Part shown: positions 1 to 14,700 of the stretch, in pieces
Layout of the letters: each line of letters begins with the position of its first letter
How positions within the stretch are numbered: the first letter of the stretch is position 1
Source of the DNA: Tubulanus polymorphus
Lineage: Eukaryota; Animalia; Nemertea
Reading direction: 5' to 3'
DNA length: 64,000 nt
Assembly: GCF_964204645.1 (NCBI RefSeq)
Contig: NC_134030.1
Span: 12,049,947 to 12,113,946 of the forward strand
Notes under the pieces: model-generated
What the model saw: the letters and a program-made list of their open reading frames with translations, nothing else
What the model was told of the DNA's origin: nothing
The model's database searches: none
Made by a program: the position numbers and the translations under genes

Positions 1-680
1 AGTCAAAACCATCGACGTCCAGTACCGGCCATACTAGGACACTCTAGTTTTGGACTCCGACGAATTAAAACAATAATCAAATATACGATATATATATTTG
101 TCTATCTTCTTGGATATTACAGGTTTCTCGTGTTGTTCGCTCTCACCACGCTAGTTACCCCAGAAATAGATATCACACAGTTTTGTGATGTTATACAGCT
201 TTGCGGTTATCCAAGTCAAAAATTGCTAGCGATTATTGCAGGTGTTGAGCGAAGATCGTCCAATGCAGGAACGGCACGATATTCAGCCGCACAATATAAA
301 TCGGTGCTGGCTATCCTCAGTATGCGTGTCACATGACCACAAGATGGGAGCTTACAATTTATCATGTTGAGATTAAAAAGTGTTCTCCTCATTTGAATTA
401 GGATACATAGATAAAAAACGATAAGTTGCATAGCGTTTGAGCCGGAAACGGAGGGAGCGATGTGTGTAGACCAGAAAATAAAGACACGTTAAGAAGAGAA
501 AATTTTAATCCGGCCAATTTATCACTGTTTTTTTTTCTAAGCATCCCGACATTATAGTGCCGACATCGACGTCTAACTAAGTGAACCCGTTCCTAGTATT
601 TCGAATGTTTAGCATTCATATCATCTTAAATCCGTACGTGCAATATCAATATTTAAAAGAAACATTAGAAAGTTTATAGC

Positions 681-1265
681 CAGGGGCGGATCCAGGATTC
701 TAGGAAAGGGGGGCGCCCATCTCAATTTTTCTTCTACCTGCCGAAGCGCGAAGCGTGCTCGGCTTCGTTAAAAGCGTTTTTTTCGCCCGAGGGCCGAAAA
801 AACACGCAGGAACGAACAGGGAGAGCGCGCGAGGGAGATGAAATTTTCGAAATTCCTGCTTCTCAGACTCAGACTTCAAAGACAATCTAAAGGCTCAAAA
901 TTCAAATAGTGTGTCTGAATTTAAACTGATCGTTTTCTCTTTTAAATCGTTGATATCAGTAATAAACTCTTTAATTACAAGTTCTGCGTGTGTTATATGG
1001 TCGTCCGCGCCCGAGGCATGAAACGTGGCCGCGGCATGTCCGGTACCAGGTATAACAAAAGTTTAAACAGGTGAATAACCCACTATCAGGAGGCGCCGCG
1101 TTGGCCTAATCACAAATGTGATTGCTGCTCTTGTCTATATACAATGCCGATGCCTTTGTGAGGTAAAATAACGTACGTATTATGATAATTGCGATGAAAA
1201 AATTTTCGAAAAAGGGGGCGCGCGCCGGCGGTGTTCCCCCCCCCCCCCCCATGGATCCGTCACTG
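681..1265. mobile_element. MITE with CAG termini and 5-bp TSD
   Basis: TIRs CAGGGGCGGATCCA / TGGATCCGTCACTG, flanked on both sides by ATAGC. Confidence 0.85.
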
Positions 1266-2103
1266 ATAGCTGCCTATCAATTTACCGAACATTCACTGTT
1301 ATTCAACATATTATTTTTGTATTGAATAATGTACTTCAATAGATTATTTCTCTTTGATAAAAAAGCGTCCTGATATAAATAGATAGATAATGTGTTCCTG
1401 ATATTTTTATTATTTCTCGTTGAGTTCTTCTCTTTTGTAACATTCGAGGGTGACACATAAACACAGACACCAGCTTTCTTTGTACTATCCTCGCTTGCTT
1501 GTTCTGACATTTCATATTTCTTTTATTGCCGAATGTTGTTACACAAACGTACATGTAATATATCAATATGTATGAATATATGATGTAAAAACAATTGTAT
1601 TAAGATGAAGTTAGATACTAGTATTGCAACTGAAAGTAGTGAAGTTCGTGTAGAATGGGTGAAATGTAGTTATCACACATATAGATGAAAATTCGTTTTC
1701 AAGCACTTTGTAGGCGACTATATAGTCAAGACTGAACGCAATTGCCACCACTATATTGTTTTCTCATGATTAATGAGCTAGGAGCAAAAATCTCATTTCA
1801 ATCGGGTACCGGTCCTCGACCCAGTACCGCGCACAGTGGCGGATCAAGCCTTCTGCTGCTACCGCTTGAGCGGTATTCACGTTTGTAGAGGTGTCCTTCT
1901 ATTTTTCAAGTTCTGGTAGAAGTTATTTAAATGGTCATTTTTGAATAATCGAAAGTGATCAACTGATTAATGTGATTTTATTTAACAGGTCAAAATGCCT
2001 TATATATTTTGTTGATGCATAGAGGTATAGATTTGATGCCCCAAATATGCTCAGATTGCATCTCAGAACCTTTCAAATTCATGTTTAGTTACGATAAGGA
2101 TGA

Positions 2104-3065
2104 GGGTCCTGCTAAAGTACGAAACGACGAAATTACGAAATATGAAGCGAAATAACGAAATTTCGAAATGCGAAACGAAATTACGAAATGATAATTTTTC
2201 TGCGATTAGTGCTAAAGTACGAAACGAAATGGTCATATTTCAAACACGACCATACAATAGTCAAAGCTCGTTATAATGCGACGGGACTGTCAAAATTTTC
2301 GCGGTCCATGTAAATGGTCTTTCGAAAGTATTCAAGAATTCATGTTCTTAAACTGGAAAGTTTTTAGCCTATTGGCATTTTGAGACGGTTCCAAAGTTGA
2401 TATGATAAATATAAATCCGTAGTGTGGTCGTTATTTCATTTCCTCCATCGTGGATCAAAAACATGGTTTGCTATAAGGAACGAACCAGAGTCACCTGTTC
2501 AGCGTAAATTCAAAATGAAGGTTCCAGGAAACCAATAATGAAGCCTTAGGCTAAAAAATTAATACTCTAGGGCACTACCCCTTTTTGGTACAGCCTTTAG
2601 GCTTGGGGATGTACTTTCAATGATGTAGCGCAATGTTCATTAAATCATTATAAAGATCTTGTACATATATTGATGAATAAACATTATATATTATTTCTTA
2701 TTATACATTGTTTCTCCGCATGGCCGGGTCCCTTCACGTTGCATGATAGCATGCACAGATCATTCTCCCCCGGCAGGGATTCGAACCTGATGATATCGCG
2801 CGGAATCCTGCCACACTAGATGGGTGCGTATATGTTTAAGCCAGCTTCACGAGTCCGCTGCTGTAGCGAGAAAATTATTATTTTGTTTCGTATTTCATTT
2901 CATACTTTAGCAGGACCCGCGAAAGAATGGCCATTTCGTTACGTATTTCGTAATTTCGTTTTGTATTTCGTCTGTGGGGTACTTCTAAAATACGAAATTA
3001 CGAAATATGGAACGGAATTACGAAATACAAAACGAAATTACGAAATACGTAACGAAATGACCATT
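2104..3065. repeat. Foldback elements built from ACGAAAT-type short repeats
   Basis: TIR GGGTCCTGCTAAAGTA at 2104 is inverted at about 2903-2918. A second hairpin at 2927-3065 has near-perfect arms of about 45 bp. Confidence 0.75.
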
Positions 3066-3861
3066 CGGGAATTGGAATCTTCTTTCAGGTGACATCGCGC
3101 CGCGATATGAGCAGGAGATACCCCATACCTTCATTCTTCCGGCAACGCACTATAAGCACACTATATGAACACTACAGGACCTACCAGACAGGAAGGTCCC
3201 AACAGGCATATGGCCATTGTTGCCCGATCAGAAAGTCATACAATAGTTGGCACTTCGCAGTTCCGTTGGACGTAAAAGGATTATACAACCAGTAGGTGCT
3301 CACTTTTAGGTTACATTACGTTTTTAGGAAAAATGTATGTAGCACTTACAAGATTCGTAACGATAAAAGAGCAAGAAAAATGATTTAAAGCACATCCAGT
3401 GAAATAGGTGCTACTATAGTTCGAGTCGCTACTAGTTAGAGTAACATAATCATCAATACTTATCTGTTTTATTTTACAGAAACCACTTCAAGCATAATGG
3501 TTCATCCCTCCGACTGCAGATTCATTTCATGTGGTATTTCTAAGGTTTCGTGATTGGCCGAAGACAACAAACGTTTTGATTAATTAGTAGACGGGATCTC
3601 CTCGTACAGTAGCGACCATGACATGATCCATTCGAATCATAGTCAATAGTTTCGGAAAGTATTAGGTGTAGACTATAAGTAACCTATGCTGTGGAACAAA
3701 TATCAAAATATACATTTTGGGGGTGAAATGATATACGTACTAAAGACAGTAGGTTTGCTATCTATTATAAACAAAGAGCAATGTAATAGTGGCCGGGATC
3801 CTCCCAGATTCAAAAACTTTGGTTTAAGTATGGATTTTAATCGAATATTATTGTTTTTTTA

Positions 3862-3942
3862 TCGGATGGATAGACGACGAGCGAAAGGTATACAATAGGC
3901 CCCCGCGACCTATTGTATGCCTTTCGCTCGTCGTCCATCCAT
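3862..3942. repeat. Short hairpin / palindromic element
   Basis: Arms of about 35 bp: GACGACGAGCGAAAGGTATACAATAGG / CCTATTGTATGCCTTTCGCTCGTCGTC. Confidence 0.8.
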
Positions 3943-4771
3943 CAAAAACTAAGAGAAATATAAATCAAAATTTCTGATCTTCCGGAGGAAAAAACTAACT
4001 TGCCGAGCAACTACGTGTTGCTGACAAGTTTCTTTGACAAATTTCAAAAAATTCTTTAAGTTATTTTTCTTGAAGGAAAATCCACAACGCAGCCGGCTTT
4101 GAGAATATAGTTTTTTAGCACTTTTTTTTAAGTATAGACTTTTGATGATCAAATATATTTGTCCGATTTAGGTTGGTATCCGATTTGCAAAATACGCTTT
4201 AGATTTTACAGTCGGCTACCTCGTAACAACGAAGTCCGTGGGACGAGAAAAGATATAACCGTAATAACTCGTTATAACCAATACTTCATAGTAAACGATG
4301 AAAGATTATGTCGAACTGCAAAGATTGTATAATGATGCCATAGGTTTATGACTCGAGTTTTGAGTTCTTACCGCAATGCTTTTTTTGAAGAGCTAATATA
4401 CATGAATAATTGAACCAACTCGGTCTGAAGTCAATCGGGAGCTCTTGGAAGTGATACGCAAATAAATATAGGCCTACACCATGAAGAATATTATCGTTAA
4501 TGGCGTCAACAGATTCACGTATCAGTCATATCTAACGTGTTCGTCGGTCAACAAAGGTCCGTATTCTCCGAAAAAAGCCTATCCACAATGATGAGTGATT
4601 GATCATTGTACAGTTTTGTTGAAAGATTAATTTGCTGCCGTGTCTGCCTGTGAGCCGTGGTGCCGCTTAATACAATACTTCGCCACAGTAGCCTGTTCCG
4701 TTTCGTATACTTGGAAATTTTTTCTCATCCAGCCAATGTAGGTTCAATTTGCACAACAGATTTTTTTGAAA

Positions 4772-5759
4772 CTGCATTCGTAAAAATACCTTTAAAACGT
4801 GCGTAGCGACCGGTTGACTTGAGCGCAAAGCGCGCGTGGGTGGTTGACCGTCGATTTTTTGCATACGCAGATTACGCTAATTTCATGGAAATTTTTAAAA
4901 TTTTCAAAGATTTTTTTGTATTGAAATCATCGTTTCATTGTTTCCATGATGAATTGAGGGAGTTTCTCCAGGGTGAAATTCATATTACGTTAGAGCTCAG
5001 TAGAAATTCAAGATTTTCATTAGCAATAAACATGAAATTAACAAAACGGTACATCAGTCAATTTGTTCCGGGAGGGAGCAAAACGTGAAATTCAATAGTT
5101 AAACAGCGGACTCAGAATATTTTATATGTTTACAATGGATATGATACGCACTCGAATGGCAATTGCAAAACTGTCTGTGTCTATGCTTATTTTTCTTAAA
5201 CTATATATGCAAGATTAGAGACAATACATTTACTTTTGCCATGATGTGCAGCATTACATGTATTGCACGGCAAACCAACGATCTATTCAAAATATGTTTA
5301 ATGTCTGTAAACATACCAAATGCAGTAAATCGGTAACTTCGAATTGGGATTGGATCTAGTCCAGAAAAAAATGTCAAGAAACTTGCCTTATCTGACCAAT
5401 AATGTTCAAAATCGTCGAACGCTAAACATGGGACCAAGCGATCAACGAATAAATAAAAGGATAACTGCTGCTAGGTGACGCGACTTTAATAAAGATACAG
5501 CGTTTCAATATAAAAAATCGGTCTGTGCGAACATCAAACATCGTTGCAAATTCAATTACCCTGGAGAGACACCAAGTACCATCAATTCAACATGGTAACA
5601 ATCAAACGATGATTTTAATTCAAAAAATTTTGAAAATTTCCATGCAATGAGCGCAATCTGCGTATGCAAAAAATCGACGCTCGACCACTCACGCGCGTTT
5701 TTGCGCTTCGCTCAACCGGTGGCCACCCGCGTTTCTATGAAGATTTTTACGAATGCAGT
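4772..5759. repeat. Long imperfect inverted repeat (arms about 200 bp), probable old foldback transposon
   Basis: 4772-4980 is the diverged reverse complement of 5554-5759, e.g. GTCGATTTTTGCATACGCAGATT versus AATCTGCGTATGCAAAAAATCGAC. Confidence 0.8.
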
Positions 5760-8329
5760 ATCATTAAAATCCTCACATGAAACTATGTCTTCAGTGAAAA
5801 ATTCTACATTGTATCTCAAAAAATTAAAAGCCAATGACATCAAATTACCAATTTTTTGAGGCGCCTTCATAAAAGTGACGTGTCTTCTTTAAACTGACGA
5901 TTGTGTCCGATTGTTGCAATCAAGAAAAATGAAATAAACACCGCATCAGAAAATAGAAATTGTGACCTTTCTAACGATTCATTAGTTTAGGTTTTGTGCC
6001 GAAAGAGGAATGGACGACAATTAATCGCGCCAAAGGTTTTAGTTTAAAAAGTTAAAATCTGTCCAACAATACGAGACCTGTGGGACCGCCTCAAAATGGC
6101 GCCTGGTAACTGAAAACTTCCCTATTGAAATGACAGATTTAATTTTTTCTCGTCTAGAAATATTTTGTTAAAATCGCTCACCAATCAACATATTGATTGG
6201 CCCATTGTAACCACAAATTCGCGTTGTCTTGTTTTAGCGTAGTCTAAAAATATTCTTTCTATCAGAATGTGAAAACATTGCTTAATTTAGTGATATGCAT
6301 TAAACAAGGTGTTAAGTTTATTTATTCTGCCGTTAATCGCATACTATCTCACATTGCTTTCCTATTCGCGTTTAACTGAAACTAAAACTTAGAATTATTG
6401 AATCATTTAAGAAATGGATAACTATGTTGTCCATTTCAAGATTGATATTTCTGATAGTATAAGCGCATCTTCATACAAATAGATGAATATTCAATGAAAA
6501 ATATGTGGGCTGTAAACGTCAATTACATCAATGGGTTCATTTGTAGCTATCGCTACTCTTCAGGCAAAAATAAGTGGAAATTTAATCATTCAATCTCAGA
6601 AAATGGACACCAACCATTACCTTACATATTATACTCCTTGAATACACGGCTATATAATTTGATAGTATTAACTAAGGAGATAAGTCTGTATAAAGGGACG
6701 GTCGGTTGAGGACAGAGCATGGTGATTACCCACTAAAATAGTCCATTTGACATTCAGTCTATATCCCAAGTGAAGCTTTCAGAATGGTCGCATCCAGTTT
6801 GCTAATCCACTAAAACGAGAGATCAGTGTTATTAATACGTGGTTTTTAGTTTCAATACTATCAATCTTGAAACCCATTAGTAGGCACTGTTAAGACGCCC
6901 CTTTGGTCGCACATCAGTTCTTCACATCTACAAGTGTACTGAAAGCTCAATTTTTAACACTCGCCTATTATACTGTACTAACTACTCGAATACCGTTTTA
7001 TCCGTAACGTCTTTCTCATCATATTGGAGCCCCATAGTCCCGTCGTTTATTTCGGTAGAGCCAGACTTTAAGCGTATGAATTGTCCCATTTTCACTTGTG
7101 GCCAGGATTCGCGATGGGGATCCATTCTTCGAGCGTGATTTGAATGTAAACTTACCTAACACTTTAAATCAATGACATCAACACGTGTTGACGCATTAAC
7201 AAACATAGCAGGGGGGCCTGGCATTCTCAATTAGAGGTAATCACCGCAATGACTTGGGAATGCTTTACTATATTGCTGTCATAACCATGCTATTTCCGTG
7301 ATTGTTTCAGTTGTTAAGCCCACGTCATAAAACTATGCACTCTCGATTCAACTGCTTGGAATTTTGAGTTGAACATGGATTTTTACATCCGAAGAATTCA
7401 GAAAATAGATTACGGCTTGTGCCCTCCCAATTCATGACGCTTTAAAAAAATGAAATGTTCATACGTGGAAACTATAATGTAACAGTTATTGATTAAGTGA
7501 AGACCAGAAAACAGATCTGGTTGTCTGGAGTTCATATGTTCAGAAAAAATACTACTTTATTACAAAACATATCGAATGGATAGATATGCGTCGTATTGGC
7601 CGTTGAATGGCGGTCAATCTTAACATTTTATAAAAAGTCATTTGCAATAACTGAACTTGAAATACTAGCACTAACGGCTAAGCAAAGGATAACGTCACGT
7701 GCACAGTGTCTATAGGCCTCAGTATTCTCAGGATTCATATAGCTCTATGTTAAAAATCATATTTTGAAAGAAGCAGAGTTACATGGAATGTTGACAATCA
7801 TCTGATCTATTTCACAATCTATTCAACAATAGTAATCATTTCGCATATATAAAAAGGAACTTGCACTGGGTGCATAGTCGAGACATGAGTCCAAAAAGTG
7901 CTCTTCAATCCATTGGTCATGTTATATTAGCTATAGATAGTCTTGACTAGCAATGACTATATGGAACCGGCCCCCGGAGAAGGGGGTTGTTGCAATGACA
8001 TGCAAGTCATAACACGAACCCATGAAATGACAGCGGATGCGAGTACGATAATTTATTCATCTTCAGTAGACAGCTCTAAAAAATCCAATTTAATAAAATC
8101 TAAAAATATACGTCTGTATGGAATGCATTTCAATTAACTTGAATTAGACAAAATCTTCATGCGCCGAAATAAATTTATTCTCATCTACCTCATCTAAATC
8201 TAACGAATATCAGAATGGGAAAATGTTGATGTCATCTGGTGGGTTAAACCACTGGGGCAGGGTATTTCAATACTGCGCGAGTTATTGAGAAAATATCTTC
8301 TGATCACGTGTGCGAGCGTGGGCGCACAA

Positions 8330-8509
8330 ACTGTACACGTCACAGCAAGCGAAGCGTGGATTTGAAGTATACGCAATGCAACTTAGAAGCAGCGACACTC
8401 ACCTCACTCTAATGGGAAAACGACAGAAGTGACTCTCACATCAGACCAATCGGAGATATATGCGGGCAGGTTCGTTTCAAGCAAGAAAGCCAACTTACAA
8501 ACATATTAG
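8330..8509 (+). other. Probable non-coding first exon and promoter of NPF
   Basis: A locally GC-richer stretch with CACGTG and CGTCA motifs ends in a strong donor AG|gtaagg (8510), 2.2 kb upstream of the ATG exon, whose acceptor is only 8 nt before the ATG. The 5' boundary is approximate. Confidence 0.55.
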
Positions 8510-10694
8510 GTAAGGAATAACATTTTTCGAATATTCGAAAAATTCATTCATTCATTCAAGATAATTTAGCATAACCTGGATTATCTAAAACTAGACTTTA
8601 GGGGATATTTCTAAAACCTGCATTAATTTAGAGTATTTTTCGTATGGATATGTTAAACAGATTTTGCGTTACGAAGCTCGACTTCTTACAATATCATACG
8701 TAATAGAAACGATATGTGGGAATTTTTCTTTCAATAGCAATACTTTTCATGATTATATCCGTATTTGTTATCCTGGGATACGATGGTAAATCACAAACAT
8801 CTTCTAGGCCAGAACAATATTTTTATATGCATGAGCTAGTTCCAGTGGACATTGAATTCAAAAGATTTTGTTGCTTGTCTACAAATGTTTGAATGATTTA
8901 GCAAAACTATTTCTAAAAGAACTCCATGACTTTCCATGTGCCAGATGTCGCTTTTGCCCAGTAAAGACACAAGTCGTCCAGTGTCGTCCGTATTAAAACC
9001 AATTTAAAAACTTACTTTTTCGAAAGAACATATACTTCAAAAATTTTCTTTTTTACTTGTATCTGTTTACTAATCCTATTGTTTTACTAGAAGCTAACTT
9101 ATATGTATTAATTGTGTTTTTTTGTTTGTTTAGCGCACATACTAGTATTATCTACGCGCTATCATAAGAAACAAATTAATGTCATAATTATCGTTGAACG
9201 ATAGCTCGCGATGTATCATATTTTCTGACATAGCCAAAACTCGATCATTCACCAACTTGATAATGACTTACGTATGGAAATTGTTTTCAATTTGGTCATA
9301 CCTTGAAAACGAAAATATTTTATAAGTGGCATTCTAATAAAAAGATTAAGAGAGTTCGCTACCTAGAAAGAAGTTTGTTGTACCAGTAATCAATTGTTGC
9401 GTGTATAATAATTGTGTGCTCAAATATTTTGTTACATATTTCATCTCATGTCACACGAGTCCAATAGCATTAGTATCTAACAAACAATAGCAAAAGCAAC
9501 GTCTAGTGTACCTGATATCCTTTTCTTTTGTGAAGATTTCAATGAAAAAAGACAATGCTTTCGTAACAAAATAAGCGCCATTTTGTTGTTGTTTGGTGTC
9601 CTCCCAGTTGCAAAAAACCGTGAATTATGATCGTTTGATCATCTTCGTCGTATTAGTATGTACAGGGCCTATTTCGAACCCAATCCATTTCTTCAATTCA
9701 AGAATTCTTCTATTTCTAGAGCAATTCATATTTGAAAAAAAACACTAAATATAAAAATGTTATAAATATAAAAATCATTTTTGAATTACCAGTACTGAAC
9801 CAATTTGTACAGCGTCTTAACTCACGATATCTAAACCTGACCGAATAAGGGGATCTGCATACAATTTCTTTTTTCAAACACCGAAGTTGAAGACTATTTT
9901 TCGAAAGAAGCGCGGTTTATTCCGCACCGATAGTTTATTTCAGCCCTGTCTAAATGATTATTCATAGATTTGTAGCTCAAAATCATTTGTAAATTTGAAT
10001 TGCCGAAAAACCATCGGTTAAAAGGTGTTCTATACCTGGAATCGTTATGAGTATTAAATCTAACCACATTTCGTTCTGCAAAGCTGAAGCTTGAGCAATA
10101 GGGGCACCACGTGCATTCTTCACATTGCGTAAGATTATACGTTAGATACGAAGCCGTCAAGTTCTGCGCTTTGCCAAGTTGAGCTCACCTCTCGTGTTTG
10201 CATCCATGTGACGCGCTTCGTGCAACTCTGAAATAGAAGTAACTAATAGATGAAATAATGTTTGATATACTGATTATGTTATAACGGGATTACAAATTTT
10301 ATGAATATTTTACCATACTAAGAAAAAATACGATATCTCGATAGAAAGAAATAGATTACTTAATTTGTAACTACGTAATTTGTGCAGTGATTTGATGATG
10401 CTTTTCAAAGTGATATTTCTGAATTCTTGTTCGGCTTACGTTGAAAGACTTACGGTTTGTCAATAAAGTTTGTCAATAAAGCAGCTATTATTTTCTTGAA
10501 TGATAAATTATCAAAACCCGTGCACGTAGAATATAACATCGTATATACATACACTGTGTATAAGATGCTGGTAAATAAATAATTTGAGAAAAAAAATTAT
10601 CCTGTGTCTAAAACCGGGATCTAAAATGATAACAAGTTTAACTAGAATTGTGCGTTTTGGGATTAATAACATTTCTTCGATTATAGGTAATCAA

Positions 10695-10873
10695 ATGATG
10701 GAGAAATATCTTGTGACACTGGTCTGTGTATTGTTCGCAACGTTAACCGCAAGTATCTGTGGTCATAATCTCCCGGGTCCACCCGAAAGGCCACAGGTAT
10801 TCACATCACCAGAGGCGCTTAGAGATTACCTTCGGCAGTTGAATGAATATTTTGCAGTAGTAGGTAGGCCGCG
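10695..10873 (+). CDS. NPF: NPF coding exon 1 (signal peptide plus most of the mature peptide)
   Basis: Acceptor ttatag ends at 10686, ATG at 10695, donor CG|gtaagt at 10874. Confidence 0.95.
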
Positions 10874-11665
10874 GTAAGTAAAACTGATATCTAATAGCCC
10901 TGTACGTATATTGACAGAGGTACTGGTATAAATATAAAAAGACAGGAATAGAACGCGACATCCATGGTCATCATTTCATTAGTTTGACAGCTTTAGAAAT
11001 ATTTCAACCGTGTGAATCTCCCATTATCGGTGATAAAAAATCCTTTTTTTCAAATTTGCTGCAATGCGATATGGGAGCAATGTTTAAGAAAAATTGTCGC
11101 CAGCTTTTAAAGAACACGTGCAAAAATTCAGGTTACTCAAATATGTTTGTTATTTCTATAACTAATTTTCCAAAAATCTAAACATAAGGCCTACAGAAAC
11201 TGTGCGCATAAACGCCCTACCTTTCAAGTGAAATTTAAGATTTTAAGATATCTTGCCTCGTTTTCATTCCATGGCAATTTAAGCGCAGCGCATCGATCGT
11301 CATTCCGAGTTTCAACGCCGTTTTCTCTGCGTGTGTTTCGGTAGATGGGTGTTACTCCGGGCAAAAGTACCCTAACAAAATTGCGGCTCTAAAATGGTAC
11401 CTTATTTACGCCGTAGATTGACTAGCCCGTCGAATTCTGTGCTATCTGCAATCGCCGTCAAAAACAGAACGGCAACCAGACTAGGTTTAAGAACAAAAAA
11501 AAAGGCTGAGACCGACATTTTTCTTTTCAATGGTAAACTCAGGGACCAAATGGCCGGAACCCATGCATCTTTCTGTTTTATGGCGCCGTCAATTCAATTG
11601 AATTTAGCTTTATTGACATCACCTTAGTTTTACCAAGAAACAGGTAGCAAAATAATCAGAGAATA

Positions 11666-11733
<68 letters not shown>

Positions 11734-14700
11734 GTAGTAGTAGTTTATTAAATCAAAAAATACAAATCTGTTTATGATACAACGCAATTCCTTAATACTG
11801 TATGGCTCATACATGAAGCTAATTCAGGTATATAAATACATTAAATCTTATATCATATATCTGCTTCATGCATTTTTAGCTAAATTATCTAAATTAGCTA
11901 GAAATTAGCTGAAATATATAACGCAATAACTTCATGCGGCTGTGATGCATTCATCAATCAGTACAGCTATTGCAAAACCAAGTAATAAATAAAGTAACTG
12001 ACGCATCGATAGATGCGTCAATCAATGCATCAAAAATATTTCAAGTACAAAAAGGATGTTATAATTTTGACAGAATATATTGTCATATTGTTTACATTAT
12101 AAGATTTTGACGCATCTTCACGCCATATATAAACAGTAAAGGAGACCACGTTTGCTCAGAAAAAATTGTTTCTCTTTAATTTCCGTTTTTTTTTTAATCG
12201 GAAAAACCGTTCATCTTTTCCTGATCTTTTCTCGATCTCGATGTACGGGGACAGGCGAGATTATGATAGCTGCCGATTGGCGTAAAAATCGTGAGCTCGA
12301 AAAACTCTTTTGATATGCTAAAATAAATATTTCTTTCCAGAGTACATGTATATACTTAAAAAGAAAGGAACATTTCATCCGTTATAACTGCAGGGGGTTT
12401 CAAAGGGGTACAAACTCACGGATTAATGGTGGCTGATTCAGTCCATACCAAAAAATCTTTCTGACGGCTGGAGGAACGATATAAAATTTTCATTTGGCCT
12501 GTTTTTCGGGTTTCTCGCATGAGAATTCACAACTTTTGGTTTTCTCGCGACAGAATTCAAAATTTTTTTGTTATGGCCCGAATCAGCCACTATATGGATT
12601 AGATCACAACTGTCGCAAAGATATATTCATCTCTAGATTACCTATATCTACCTTGTAATGTACCAAGGCAACTTGCATTACTGCCTTTTCTACCCTCACT
12701 TATCTTATTGCAATATTGAATGGGGCCGCAACAACTTTGACTTCGCTCTAGGAAAATTATTGAAACTCAAAAAAATAATAGTCATAAAAATCATTACCGA
12801 AAGTCACTACTAGAACCCACGGTCCGTTATTCAAATCCACTCAGATCGATATGATGTAGAAAACCATCTCGCTTGTCAACTTGTGCATTGTAATTTACAC
12901 AACCTTCTACCGTCCCATAATTTTGAGATGCACAGTCATTATACCAGATCAAGGACTAATCTTCAATGCTCGGTTTATACAATCTTTGATTTTTTATCTT
13001 TACCGCAGCTTTATATTACAACAATATGTATTTATTGTCATATTGTAATCGTCGGAAATGAATAAATAGAAAATAATATTAAGGGTTATGCTTGTGTTGA
13101 AACCCTGAAAAGGAATTTGAAATGTGGAATGTAGTACTTAGCCAAGATAAAACTGCAATACAGAGATGTGAAAATATGACGATGTGGACATTAATAGCTT
13201 AAATAGCGGTCCTATACCGATAATGAATATATTTCTGCGTTTGAATGCTAATGACTCAAATAAAAACTAGTATTTACCTTGAATTCTGCTACATTATTGC
13301 GTTTGTATATTCTATGTTAAAAGGGAAGTTGTGTCCTAATGAATTCGTAGTGAGTACTACAAGTCGCATTCAATTCGAAAATCAGAGACAACCTGACGGA
13401 CCGCTGATGAGCTTGGAGTCCGCTGGGCTTCAAAACACGTCGGAGTTTCTTGTGGAAATGAATGAAAATCATTTTCCACTGTTACACACTTCAGCTATCG
13501 AAAAATTCCCCTGGACGCTCTTGTACATTAACCCAACAAGGAAATTCAGCGGGACGACGCACAAACTTTAACCGATCCAACGCACTCATGGTAAAGATAA
13601 AACATGTAGCAACAGGGGCACGGGTTCAACGGCGTTTGAATTTAACATGTTGCTTGTTGAGGCGGCGTTTAATGAAATCAAATCTATTGAAATCACGATT
13701 CGTGTGTATCAGTTTTCTGTAAAGTATTTCATTTTAGCAATAACTTACGTTTACCACGCACATAATTTGGAACTTCGTCGTTTTCAGGGCTAGGGCAACA
13801 AAAGGAGTTTGGTCTCATTAATATGCAGTCAGTAGCTCATATCTCCGTCTTTACTTTTTTGTTTTGTATCCATATTTGTAAACTTCAATATCTGATCAAT
13901 CCTGCCTGCCTGGTGCAGAATCTGCACAAATATGTGTTTGAAAAAAAATAATGATAATTGTAAAAACACCTGCCTGCCTGATCACTTCGATTTGTAGAAA
14001 AGGGCGAGAAACAAGTTATCATTTTTAGCCGTAGTAACTCAAATTATTCAGACGGTGCTAAATGGTAGGTATGCCTATAGTCCCATTTTGTCTGAAATTT
14101 ATATCCATTCTCGAAGGATAATGTTTCTGCAACCTGTCAGAAGTGGAGGGAGACTTTGGCACAATAAAGAAGTTTCCTGTTTCTAGGCACCATTTTTGCG
14201 GTCCCTCGAGGTCCCAATTCTTGCGATAATTTTCAATCTTTTTTTCAATCATAAGTTTTGATTGAATTCCAATTAGCTCTACAGTCCCTTGTTTGATAAA
14301 CTTGATTGATACACCATTCTAAGCGAAATGAAACGCAGATTTTTCCCGGTGATTCTTGGTTTTTAAAAAGCAACTATTGAGAAAAGTGAAGATGTAAAAC
14401 CAAGGACCGCATATTTTAATCGCACGTCACTGGTGCTTACACTCAAGCGGTTACAGATCAGTCGTCGGGAAAGTTATTAAAAAATTTCCACGCAGGCCCA
14501 AATTTGAAATAAAGGTTTTTAACCGATGAAAGAAATTGAAAATTTAGCTATAAGAGATATTGGGATATTTGAAAATTAATTAAAATCGCAAGGTTACGAT
14601 AGAGCAACTCTGTAAGAGTGAAATCTGCGTACAGGCCCATTACATATTTTTCGATCAGTTAGATTTCGTCTGATGTAAGCTACTTTGGAGGAATAGACCA

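Noticed and set aside
10584-10877. 97-aa ORF taken as a complete gene
   Set aside because: Its 5' part is intron (TTG start, acceptor at 10686) and its stop codon is part of the splice donor. Only 10695-10873 is coding.
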